A DNA stretch of 64,000 nt, taken from NCBI RefSeq assembly GCF_001194135.2, contig NC_068997.1, positions 10,075,788-10,139,787 on the forward strand. Reading direction: 5' to 3'. Below are positions 51,152-62,101 of this stretch, in pieces. The notes beneath the pieces are model-generated. The model ran no database searches, was not told where the DNA came from, and was given only the letters and a program-made list of their open reading frames with translations. This DNA comes from Octopus bimaculoides. Taxonomy: Eukaryota. The translations under genes and the position numbers were made by a program. How positions within the stretch are numbered: position 1 is the first letter of the stretch; every line of letters begins with the position of its first letter.

Positions 51152-53743
51152 CTGAAAATCATACAACAAAGGTAATAAATATGACAAGACAGTATAAAAT
51201 CTTCTTAAAAACAAGCTTCAATATGTGTATTTTTTGCATTGTTTTCCTTATTCTTCAATTTCAAATTCAAACTTTGAACCCCACCAAATACTATGAAGAA
51301 CTGATTTATCCCCTTGTTATTGATTACCTACCAGGGGACATCACATGTATATTTTGTAAGTTTTCACAGAAACAAAACAACAGCAGAAGCACGCAAAGGC
51401 CCCAGTGAGGGAGCCTCTGTTAGAAATACCAGCCACCAAACCTTCTCACCGCTGTTGTCTTAACCCTTTTCTGACAATATGGTTTTAATTAAATACAAAA
51501 GGAACGAGACTGTTAGCATTTGTATAGGGAGCTTCCAGTCAGTCAGCTGGTAATTTAGTAACATTGCATTTCTTTCTTTTTAAGTCAATCTTTGGTATAT
51601 AACAAATTGGTTTTATATAAATTATGATGAAAAATTTTTAATTCTAATAATGTTTTTATCACCATTGTCATAATCACTATAATTGTTCTTTTATCACCAT
51701 TATCATCATCATTATATTGCTCACTTTTCCAGATAGAATTTTTCGAGGTATTGGTGTGCTTTATATGGTTTCTACAGCTGGACACCCTGCCTGCCACCAG
51801 TATAGCACTTAGGGTCATTGAAGCACACAAGCCACCACATCACAAGGGCTGGACTTTGTGATAGACTTATCCACTTAACATCATTGTATTTCCAAAGGTA
51901 TTATTACTACTACTCCACTGTTTGTTGTGGTCCTGACCAAGGTGCATAACTCTGCTTGTTCCCGTTTGACATATAACAGCTGCCAGTTTCAACTCCCTGT
52001 TCCAACTTCTTTAGCCCCAGGCCAGACCATATAAGGCACACCTATAATCAAAGACATTCCAGTTGTAACCATCCCAGCTTTCTTTCCTGTCAAACTGTAT
52101 CCAACCTGGAACAGTAGGAAAGCTATTTTATTCATTTTCGTCTTTTCTTATGCTTTTCAATGGTAACATTGTTAAAAGATTTTTTTTCCAATTTCAACAT
52201 TAAGAAATTGATTGCTAGTCTAAGATCAAATTAATAATTAAATCATTCAAGCGAGGTCGTTGCCAGTGCCACTGGACTGGCTCCCATGCAGGTGGCACAT
52301 AAAAAAACACCTTTTGAGCGTGGCCGTTGCGAGTACCGTGTGACTGGCCCTCGTGCCAGTGGCACGTAAAAGCACCCACTACACTCTCGGAGTGATTGGC
52401 ATTAGGAAGGGCATCCAGCTGTAGAAACTCTGCCAGATCAGATCGGAGCCTGGTGCAGCCTTCTGGCTTGCCAGTCCTCAGTCAAATCGTCCAACCCATG
52501 CTAGCATGGAAAGCGGACGTTAAACGATGATGATGATGATCCCAAATCAATAATTAACAAAGGCTTGATTTCTTTAACCCTTTAACTGCAAAATTAATTT
52601 CATGGTTATTTCAGTAATGATGTTACATATCTACCAAAAAGTACAATTGGTATTTTCTGCAAGTCACATTGCCTTATAATTAACTTGACATATCTCAACC
52701 GAAAATAGTTTCAAACAAAATAGATTGAGATATAAAATTGCTTTCTGCACTTAAGGATAACGAAAGTTTGAATGAAGGGGTATATGGAACTCCCACAGTA
52801 AAAGGGTTAAGTCAATTTAACGAACCACACTAATTTTCATAAGGGACACTCTTTACTCTTTAACTTGTTTCAGTCATTTGACTGCAACCATGCTGGAGCA
52901 CCGCCTTTAGTCGAACAAATCGACCCCAGGACCTATTCTTTGTAAGCCTAGTACTTATTCTATCAGTCTCTTTTGCCGAACCTTTAAGTTACGGGGACGT
53001 AAGCACACCAACATCAGTTTTCAAGCGATGTTTGTTGGGGGGACAAACACAGAGACACAAACACACATATACTTATACACATATACACACAGGACTTATT
53101 CTTCGTAAGCCTAATACTTATTCTATTGGTCTTTTTTGCCAAACCGCTAAGTTTCAGGGATGTAAACACACAAACATCAGTTGTCAAATGATGGTGAGGG
53201 GGAAAAACACAGGCACACGACGTTAAACAATGATGATGATGATGATGATATATATATATATATATATATATGCAATGGGCTTCTTTCAGTTTCCATCTAC
53301 CATATCCACTCACAAGGCTTTAATCGGTCTGAGGCTATAGTAGAAGATACTTGCCCAAGGTGCTATGCAGTGCTACTGAACCCAGAACCATGTGGTTGGG
53401 AATTTACCACACAGCCAAATACATAATATATATATAGTAGCCTTCCGTACAGTTTCGTTCGAGAGAAAGAGTGAGAAAGAAATGTATGATTAACTCACCT
53501 GTAATCTTGAGTTGGTATTCTGCAATTCTTCTGCTTTTTTCTCTAAGTCGGTTATCCACTGCTTCCTCTTCTGCCGGCACCTGGCTGCAGCAGCTCTTTG
53601 GAAATTACAAGGAAAGGAAGACAGTATGAAAAATGTCTCAACAACAATTGCTAAATAACAGAAACAGACATGCAGAGACAAGGAAACACACACACACACA
53701 CACACACACACAGACTAGAGAGAGTCAAAGAGATACAAAGAGC

Positions 53744-53783
<40 letters not shown>

Positions 53784-56700
53784 ATGAAAGAGACAGTACA
53801 GAACAAAGAAGTACAGTAACAATAAGGGCTTCGAATTTTGACACAAGGCCAGCAATTTTAGGTTAGTCAATTACATCAACTTCTAGTACTAAACTGGTAC
53901 TTTATTTCATCAACCCCACAAAAGGATGACCGAGGCAGTATTTGAACTCAGAACATAAAGAACTGCAAGAAGTGCTGCTGAGCATTTTGTTTGATGTCTT
54001 TAGCCCTTTTGTTACCAGCCTGGCTGAAACCACTTCTGGCTTTGTAGTACAAATGTCTTGTTTTCATAAGTTTTGAATTAAAATCTTCCACTAAACCTTA
54101 GTCACAATTTATGTTCCTAACACCAGCTTAACCCATTACCTACCATGTGATCTTATATGAGATCACTTAAAAATTACAAATTTCGTAATTATCTGTCAAT
54201 ATTTACACATATATAACCTTTTTGCTATATCTACTAGGTATATTTCTCTGATATTCAAATGAGGTTTGCTAATTTTTCGCCCAATATCTCGCTTATTTCT
54301 ATTTAAAATGTTATTTTGAAATGTTATTTTGATCATTCCAGCGTGTTTCTAAGGCTGTTTTATGCTAGAAACCAAAGTTTCATAAAAAAAATTCCAGTTA
54401 ATAGAATTATTGGAAGTAATGGGTGAATAACTAAATTCTTTGTTGTATTTAAAATAATTGAAAGAAACACAGAGCATCTCAAAATTGATATGGTAACAAA
54501 AGGGCTAATAATGCTGCCCGCTCTTCACATTGATAATACAGCAAATATAACAACACTGTAATAGAGACCCGATATGACACTGTGATACAGAGAAATAATA
54601 CAAATACAGTCACTGATTTATAACATAACTGTTTTTGCTATCTCTGCAGAGATAGCAAAAAAAAGCTTTTGTTACCAACAATGATGATGCATTTTTTACA
54701 AACTTAGCGGTTCGGCAAAAGAGACTGATAGAATAAGTCCTAGGCTTCCAAAAAATAAGTCCTGGGGTCGATTTGCTCGACTAAAGGTGGTGCTCCAGCA
54801 TGGCCACAGTCAAAAGACTGAAACAAGTAAAAGAGTAAAAGAGAGTAAAGAGTATATGATGCTGGGCAGAGAGAAGGTTGCACCAGGATTTGAGTGGTGC
54901 TTATCTTTCAACTGAGGAGACTGGAGCAACTTGAGATGAAGTGCCTTGCTTAAGAACTCAATAAGCTGCCCAGTTTGAGAACCGAACCTATGACATTGCA
55001 ATCATGAGTGTCCAGCACCCTCGCCTCTACAACAGTGGTTCTCAACTGGGGTCCATATGACCCCTAACAGTCAATATAAGATTGGGGGGGGGGGGTCCAC
55101 GCAACAAAATAGTAAGTTGGGAATCCACAATAGTATTTTAAGGGCCACCGAAAATATTTTGCTTTATATAGCTTTATATTGCAAGAAACCGCTGGATTTC
55201 TTTCTCTAACGTTTTACATAGTTCAACCTGCACAAGTTACATGTGTGAAAAACAAAATAGGAATTTTGAAAGAAGTGTCTATGAAACTAGTTTTTAAACA
55301 TCAAATGGTTATAGGGATCCACCAGAATAAAATAATAATAATCAAAGGGGTCCATAGATAAAAAATGGTTGAGAACCACTGCTTTAGACATATATATTGG
55401 TTAATGTATTGCAAGAAACTGCTGGGTTTCTTTCTCTAACGTTTTACATTGATCAACCTACACAAATTAATGTGTGAAAAATAAAATAGGAATTTTGCAA
55501 GAAGATTCTATAAAACTAGTTTTTAAACATTGAATGGCTATGGGGGTTCACCAGAATGAAATAGTAATCAAAGGGGTCCATAGATAAAAAAATAGTTGAG
55601 AAACCCTAATCTAGACCATGTGCCTTCAAAAGTAACAACAACAAAAAACAAAGACTCATCTTGTCATACAAACACGCTGTTAACTTTTTTTAACTCCTTT
55701 ATATGTTTCAGTGATTGGACTGTGGCCATGCTGGGGCACTACCTTGAAGGATTTTATTCAATCATATCAACCCCAGTAATTATTTTTAAGTCTGGCACTC
55801 ATGTAGAGCAATCTCTGTGTGCTGCACCACAAAGTTATGGGATATAAACACACAAATGAACAGCATCAGGTACACGTGTGCGTGTGCTCATGCATGTGCA
55901 CATACACACACATTGAAAGGTTTCTTCTGTCCACCAATTTCACTCACAAAGCATTGGTCCACTCAAGGCTATAGTAAAAACACTTGGTCAAGATGTCAAA
56001 CTGTAAGACTGAACGTGAAACCATGTGGTTATACATGTGTGTGTGATATATAGGATTCCATATTGTGGAGAACCGAATTACCTGTTCCTTTCAAGAAATT
56101 TCCGTCGTCTTTCATCAGGTTCGTCTTCTCCTGACCTTTTAGGTCTCTTACTATGAAAGTAGAAAACAGAGACAAATAATATAACAAACACATTTCAGAA
56201 GAATTTTTTTTTTTTTGGCATTTCTGTTGATATTTTTAAATGATCCCAAAATGGTAATTCCACTGTTGTAAAGAAAGCTGAGAGAGATGAACTGCAGTGA
56301 GTTGAAGGAGATTTGGCTGGTATTTCTAGGTCAGATGATTGGGTAGAACAGTAATGGGCAGCCTACAGCCCGCAAGACCTTCTGAATGGCATGTCTAATG
56401 AAAAAAATTACCTTGAAATTTTTTAGGAGCAGATCTGCCTAATAATGAGCCATGCCTCATGTGGCCCACATCTCAAAACATGTTGCCCATACCTGGCGAG
56501 ATAGCTTACAGTGCAGAGTTCAGCTTCTCCTGTGGTCACTGCTTGGAAATAGAGAGAGACCCAAGTGAGCTGGGTCACCCTACTAGTCAGACATGGAGAC
56601 AGTCCTTGGTGTTTCCAGTCTAACCAAATGGGTTGTACTAGAAATGGGCTTCTTCCAGTTTCTGTCAAGTGAATCCACTCACAAGGTTTTGGTCAGCCTG

Positions 56701-58815
56701 GGGCTATATTAGAAGACACCTGTCTAAGGTGCTACACAGCAGAACAGAACCTGAGACCATACAATTGAAAATCAGATGCTTAACCATACAACCATATGTG
56801 CATGCCAGCATGGACAACAGACGTTACATGATGATGATGATATGTAGGGCAAAGACAAAGAAATGCAGCATTAAGTTACTATTTACATTTAACATTGATT
56901 GAGCTGATATATGATCAAGCCACAATCATCTGTTTTTAATTTAGTATCGATTACCTATGTCCCATAAAAGTAGCATGTCTAAGAATACATTAAACAATGT
57001 GTTTTGCTTTGACTAAATGGCAGGATGTGATTGAAGGGGGATTTTAGTTGTTAATGTGCATTGAGGGAATAAGATATTGGAATTTCAGCAGATGGTCTAA
57101 GAGCTCAAAGTTTGTGTTTTCATAAATGAACAAGGAAATATGGAGGTAAATGGTAAAGAAAAACATGGAATTGGTGTTTGAGAAGAAGGAAAAATTCTTT
57201 GAAAAGCAATAACAAGATTACAAGGATAGGGAGAAGAAAGGAGATGAGGACAGTAGAAGAGAAGGAAAAGAAGGAGCAGAAATTAGGAGAGGATGAGAAG
57301 AAGAGAAAATAGAGAAGATGTGAGAAGGAGGGCTGGAGAAATGAAGAAATTTGATGTAGAAAACAAATGGAAGAACAAAGGTAAAGAAGATGATAAGGAG
57401 GTGAGAAAGGAGGGGAATTTGACAAGGAGGAGGCAGAGAGGAGAAAGAAGAAGAAGTAGCCAACAAAAAGAAGATGGAGAAGGAAGAGGAGAAAGAAGAA
57501 TGAAAGATACAGAAGGTAAGTATAAAAAGTGTTACTAACATGACAACACCACTACCACCAATAATAGCAGCATCCAGACTCTCTGGTGATGAAACTGTAG
57601 CATCAGATGTAACACTTGCTGTCTCCGTTATGATGGACATGGATGACGGCGACGGTGATGCTATTTGACTGACGTGGTTGACCGAATCCACCAACCGACT
57701 GTTGTTGGAAGTGGTCAAGTCTTGAGGGACATTCTGACTACTTTGTAAAGCAGCTTTCAATTTCTAGAGGAAAGTGAAAATGATAATAAAATAAAAACAA
57801 CAACAAAAACAAAAACAAAAACAAAAAAAACAATTGTAAAATAGCCATGTTTAGTCATGGCAACAATACAGCATGTCCAAAACGTTTTGCCAGATTCCTA
57901 TTTTGAAAACTGATGATGATGACTGTAGGTCTTTTTCAATTAATTTTATTGTATAGAACAATGATGAATAACTACAAATGAAACAATGAAACAATAAAAT
58001 AAAAATCGGGCAGAACTTTCCGGACATCTACCTACCCACCTATCTATCTAGCTAGGTATGTGCGTGTGTGTGAAACGAAAGAAAGTGGCACCCAGCACAT
58101 TGGGCAATTAGGCAGGCATTACATATCTTTTCTAATAACAGTTTGATTTAACTTCAAATGGCTTAAAGTTTCATGGGCATGTAGGACAGACCCATCTCAT
58201 CAGATATAAGGTGAAGAGTGAGAGATTTCAAACAAATTCAGCATGGCTGCTAAATGTTAGGCCTCTAATGGTCAGCTCAGGTTCCATGGTGTGATACCAG
58301 CTATTTTCTTAATTTTCTAAGCTTACGTGCTCAGAGAGGAAGTTGGCAGGATGCTGATGCCACTTTGGTGATAAACTGAGGTGTAATGTATTGAGCATCA
58401 TCAGTTACTTCCATTGGGCACCACACATCGTAGTGTGGGATGTTGACATAGGTCAGTAGCCCAGACATCTTTCAGCAGAGTATCAACACGTCAGCAGCAA
58501 TAGTTTTTTTTTTATGTGGGAGTAACCAGACTTGATAGTGTTAGGTTACAATTGGGACTGGATGATCAACAAGGGTGAGACAACTTTCACAGCATTAACA
58601 TCACATAACCAGAGCTGACGAACAGGGGTGTAAAATCTAGATGCCATACTGAATTTGTCTCGAGTCTCTCCACTCTTCTCCTTATAGCTGATGAGATGAG
58701 TTCGTCCTATGCACCCATGAAGCTTTAAGTCACGTGAAGTCGAGCCAAACCATTATGAGAAAAGATATGTAATACCTGAGTGAAACTGCTATTAAATACA
58801 CATACACACACACAT

Positions 58816-58860
<45 letters not shown>

Positions 58861-60704
58861 TGTTTATGTGTGTATGNNNNNNNNNNGTGTGTGTGTATGT
58901 GTGTGTTTATGTGTGTATGTATATATATATATATGTGTGTGTATGTGTGTGTGTGTGTGTGAAGGCACATGACTCAGTGGTTAGAGAATCGGGCTTACAA
59001 TCATGAGGAAGTGAGTTCAATTCCCAAACCGGGCTGTGTGTTGTGTTTTTCTTGAGCAAGACACTTTATTTCACATTGCTCCAGTTCATCATTGGTGCCA
59101 AGTTGTGTCGGCCTTTGCCTTTCTTTTGGGTAGCATTGGTGGCATGGAAAGGGAAGGCTGGTGTGCATGGGCAGCTGCTGGTCTTCCATAAACAACCTTG
59201 CCCAGATTTGTGCCTCAGAGGGTAATTTTCTATCTAGGTGCATTCTCATGGTCATACATGACCGAATGGTGTCTTTACCCAATATGTATACATAAAATTT
59301 CTTTTGTTTGAGACTTCAAGTTTCCTCTGAGAACTTATTCAAAATGTAAATATTCTTGGCCTACAACAATTCATCCAATTGAGAGTTAGACTGGGTACCT
59401 CTGTGGTTGGGGTACCCAGTCTAACTCACAGGGAGCTGAATTGTTTCATAAGAGTTTCAACACAGGATTGAAAGCTTTCAGTTTCCTCTTGCTAGAATCT
59501 AATGAGCTGCTGTAGGGTGGAATAGTAAAAACCTGAAAAATTATAATTTCATTAATAATCTATCAACTCAAAGATTTAAAAAATTTAATTGGTGCAATTA
59601 TTTCCAAAACCAAACAGAGAGAAGTAAATGTGTTACCTGCTTAGCTAATGATGGCTGACTAAGCCCTGGTGATGAGGAAGTAGTGGCGACAGCAGAAGCA
59701 GCAGCAACTGAAATAGGAGTTGCTGTAGAGGACTTGGGAGAGATGGCAGGGACAGGTATAGAGGCTACCTGCATGGCAGAGTTCGTAATAGTGGCAGGGA
59801 TCTGTACAGGAACAGTTTGTCCTGTAGGTAACTGCAAGAACACTTGCATTGTATACTGAGCAGATGAGATAATATTGGGGGACAACCTACAAAGAAAAAC
59901 GAAAACAAATTAATTAAAACAAATGTCACATAAGTAACAATCAAACAAACATCATAATTGTGAGTGACAGACTTGTGTGTCACATATTTATCATTCAATT
60001 GACAGCCATACAAGTGTCAACCATGAGATGAGTGACAGACGTGTGTGTCACATATTTATCGTTCAATTGACAGCCATAAAAGTGTCAAACACCCATGAGA
60101 CGAGTGACAGACTAATGTGTCACATATTTATCATTCAATTGACAGCCATACAAGTGTCAAACAACCATGAGATAAGTGACAGACTAGTGTGTCACATATT
60201 TAGCATTCAATTGACAGCCATACAAGTGTCAAACACCCATGAGACAAGTGACAGTTAAATGATTGTAGTAACTGCATCATAGAAATGACAGCCACACAAT
60301 GCCAGCCAAGATAACCATCACACAAGTGAAGATGATGATCACCAATGACACTGACAAAAATTATACCTGAACTATAAGAACAATGACAACAACAAACACA
60401 CACACACACACACACACCATGCGACCAGCCACCAACCAACCACCCAGTACATGGTTTGAACTTACATGGGAGCTGCAGTAGTGTGCATGACTGTGGGTAG
60501 AGTAGTAGTTGTACTACTGACGGCGGTGCCTTCCGTCGTTGACTGCACTGAACTGTCTGCAAGCTGTGATGTCGTTGACATGACCCCGTCGTCATCCGAA
60601 GTGGTCGACGTGGGCTGAGGCATGGAATGCGTTGCAGAAACAGCGACAGAGGCCGAAGCCGGAGGCGATCCCATGGACAATCCATGGCTGGACTGACCGC
60701 TCTC

Positions 60705-60740
<36 letters not shown>

Positions 60741-60893
60741 TTGCTGAACCACACTGCTTCTTGACGATTCATCTGCTACTTGGATTTCTATGTCCTCGTT
60801 CTCCAATTTGAGAGTTTCCACAATTTTGTGTGGTCTCGAGACCACGGGGGTATTGAGTACTTCATTGGAATGTGGACCTGGTAAGGGGACAGC
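51034..60893 (-). CDS. ATF2: ATF2/ATF7 (CREB5 family) bZIP transcription factor, partial multi-exon CDS: join(60893-60466, 59886-59637, 57763-57540, 56150-56082, 53595-53499, 51151-51034). 5' exons outside the window; last exon unresolved
   Basis: Six exons with AG/GT boundaries and mutually compatible phases. The spliced protein has LQLPTGQTVPVQIPATIT (human ATF2 LHLPNGQTMPVAIPASIT), AKQKLKAALQ (EAKMRLKAALT) and the bZIP DEPDERRRKFLERNRAAAARCRQKRKQWITDLEKKAEELQNTNSRLQSEVNLLRTEVAQLKSLLLAHKDCPIT. Comparison is from memory of the human sequence. ATF2 versus ATF7 cannot be separated here. Confidence 0.95.
52250..52540 (+). mobile_element. RTE LINE 3' UTR copy in an ATF intron
   Basis: Same UTR consensus and GAT tail. 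Further copies or fragments at about 1770-2000, 15520-15680, 24730-24920, 33635-33825, 39650-39880, 43130-43285 and 48350-48600. Confidence 0.85.
52578..52806. mobile_element. piggyBac-like (TTAA) MITE
   Basis: TTAA|CCCTTTAACTG ... CAGTAAAAGGG|TTAA. Its interior matches the reverse complement of about 18480-18535. Confidence 0.78.
53499..53595 (-). CDS. ATF2: ATF2/7 coding exon E (97 nt): AAAARCRQKRKQWITDLEKKAEELQNTNSRLQ
   Basis: Acceptor tttccaaag, donor CAG|gtgagt. Basic region plus first zipper heptads. Confidence 0.97.
54004..54504. mobile_element. TTAA-type MITE (same family as 62486) with a second MITE nested at 54132-54423
   Basis: Outer TIR CCCTTTTGTTACCA / TGGTAACAAAAGGG. Inner TIR CCCATTACCTACC / GGAAGTAATGGG, starting right after a host TTAA. 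Confidence 0.8.
55033..55381. mobile_element. hAT (Charlie-like) MITE, followed by a tandem partial copy of its right half (to about 55610)
   Basis: Perfect 14-bp TIR CAGTGGTTCTCAAC / GTTGAGAACCACTG. Degenerate 8-bp flanks ctctacaa / ctttagac resemble the NTCTAGAN target. Related copy at 32118-32377. Confidence 0.85.
56082..56150 (-). CDS. ATF2: ATF2/7 coding exon D (69 nt), start of the basic region: KRPKRSGEDEPDERRRKFLERN(R)
   Basis: Not in the ORF track; read by hand. Acceptor tctactttcatag, donor AG|gtaatt. Matches ATF2 DPDEKRRKFLERNR. Confidence 0.96.
57540..57763 (-). CDS. ATF2: ATF2/7 coding exon C (224 nt): KLKAALQSSQNVPQDLT...GGSGVV
   Basis: Acceptor ttcctctag. The donor AT|gttagt gives the phase 2 needed by the next exon. 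KLKAALQ matches ATF2 RLKAALT. Confidence 0.9.
58152..58740. mobile_element. Inverted pair of about 140-bp repeats, each with a degenerate type I hammerhead ribozyme motif (probably Penelope-like/retrozyme origin)
   Basis: Arms at about 58152-58295 and 58600-58740 are reverse complements. CTGATGA at 58203-58197 (-) and 58688-58694 (+). Confidence 0.6.
58961..59280 (+). mobile_element. SINE family D in an ATF intron
   Basis: Same consensus as 12745. Confidence 0.83.
59637..59886 (-). CDS. ATF2: ATF2/7 coding exon B (250 nt): LSPNIISSAQYTMQVFLQLPTGQTVPVQIPATITNS...PSLAKQ
   Basis: Acceptor gtttttctttgtag, donor gtaaca. Carries the ATF2-family L-x-LP-x-GQT-x-PV motif. Confidence 0.93.
59955..60256. 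repeat. 72-bp minisatellite, about 4.2 copies, in the 579-bp ATF intron
   Basis: Unit starts at 60023, 60095, 60167 and 60239 (72-nt spacing). The first unit is 4 nt shorter. Confidence 0.95.
60466..60893 (-). CDS. ATF2: ATF2/7 coding exon A (428 nt): AVPLPGPHSNEVLNTPVVSRPHKIVETLKLENED..., 14-Gln tract, S/T-rich
   Basis: Acceptor tttctag (60895-60894), donor gtaagt after CCC AT. Overlaps ORF 60462..60845. Phase-2 end joins the next exon. Confidence 0.88.
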
Positions 60894-61035
60894 CTAGAAA
60901 GCAAGAAAAAAAAGATAACAAAATCAGTTCCCAGTGCTTGCAGCAAAAAATGAAAATAGTATTAAGGTTTTAATCTCTCTAAATCATTTTCTCTGGTTAG
61001 CTTCTTAATGCACCATGCATCAATGAAAAAACAGG

Positions 61036-61380
61036 GATGATGATGATGATGATGATGGCAATGACGACGACGACGATAATTATGATGATGATGATGACGA
61101 TGATTATGATGATGATGATAATGATGATGACGATGATGATGATGCTACTGAGATGATGATGATGATGACAAGATAGGAGTAATGATAATAACAAGATGAT
61201 AATGATAAGAACAAAATGAGAGTGATGATGATAACAATTATAACGATGATGATGGTGACAAGATGATGACAATCATAACAATGACATGACGAATGATGAC
61301 AACGACAAGATAATAGTAATGATGATGATGATGATGATGATGATGAATGACAGTGATAACAATGACAAAATAGAAATGAC
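61036..61380. repeat. Compound (GAT)n/(GAC)n microsatellite
   Basis: Read directly. Many other (TA)n, (TG)n, (GA)n and (TAG)n tracts occur throughout the window. Confidence 0.95.
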
Positions 61381-61492
61381 GACAGACAAAGCTATATATA
61401 TATAAGAATTTTTACAATGACATCTCTCGTTTACAAAACTGTACCTGGTAAGATACTGTTGTTGAATCAGTCATGTGTGTACATAAGTACTT

Positions 61493-61558
<66 letters not shown>

Positions 61559-61892
61559 NNNNNNNNNNAAAAGAATCTCTACAATATTGCATTTAGGATC
61601 TGAATTGTATTGCAAAAAAAAAAAAAAAACCCCAAATCCAAAACTGTTTTGAAAATTGTTTCAATTAAGACATCATTGTCATTGCTGTTATCTTGTCACT
61701 GTTATCACTGTCACCATTTTCATCTTGTCATTGTCTGTCATCAGTTGTATGACTTTTCATCAAGTGATTTTTTTTTTTCCATCTAATGGCTAATTAAGTG
61801 TCATTTCACTGAACCAACTCTCATCCAAGCAAATTTATGGAAATGTCTTTTTATATTGAAGAATTCTGTTAATATATTATTTTGGGAACCTG

Positions 61893-62050
61893 TAGAAGAG
61901 GTAGACCCAGGAAGACAGAGGATGAGGCGGTGAAGCATGATATTTGAACGTTGGGCCTCATGTAACTGGCACCCATGCCAGTAGCATGTAAAAATCACCC
62001 TTTGCACATTGGGCCTCACAGACGTGACAGGTGACCAAGACCTTTGGCGA
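61893..62050 (+). mobile_element. Degenerate RTE ORF end plus reiterated unit
   Basis: GTCRRGRPRKTEDEAVKHDI*TLGL, then UTR sequence, then a second ttgggcctcac...gacctttgg unit as at 14.4-14.8 kb. Confidence 0.7.
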
Positions 62051-62101
62051 TGTGCCAAGTGAAAACCATGGGCACACAAAGCCAACAAAGAGCCTTTACA
62101 T

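Noticed and set aside
59955-60256. CRISPR-like array (regular repeats with palindromes)
   Set aside because: The units are contiguous with no unique spacers, there are no cas genes, and the context is a eukaryotic intron. It is a minisatellite.
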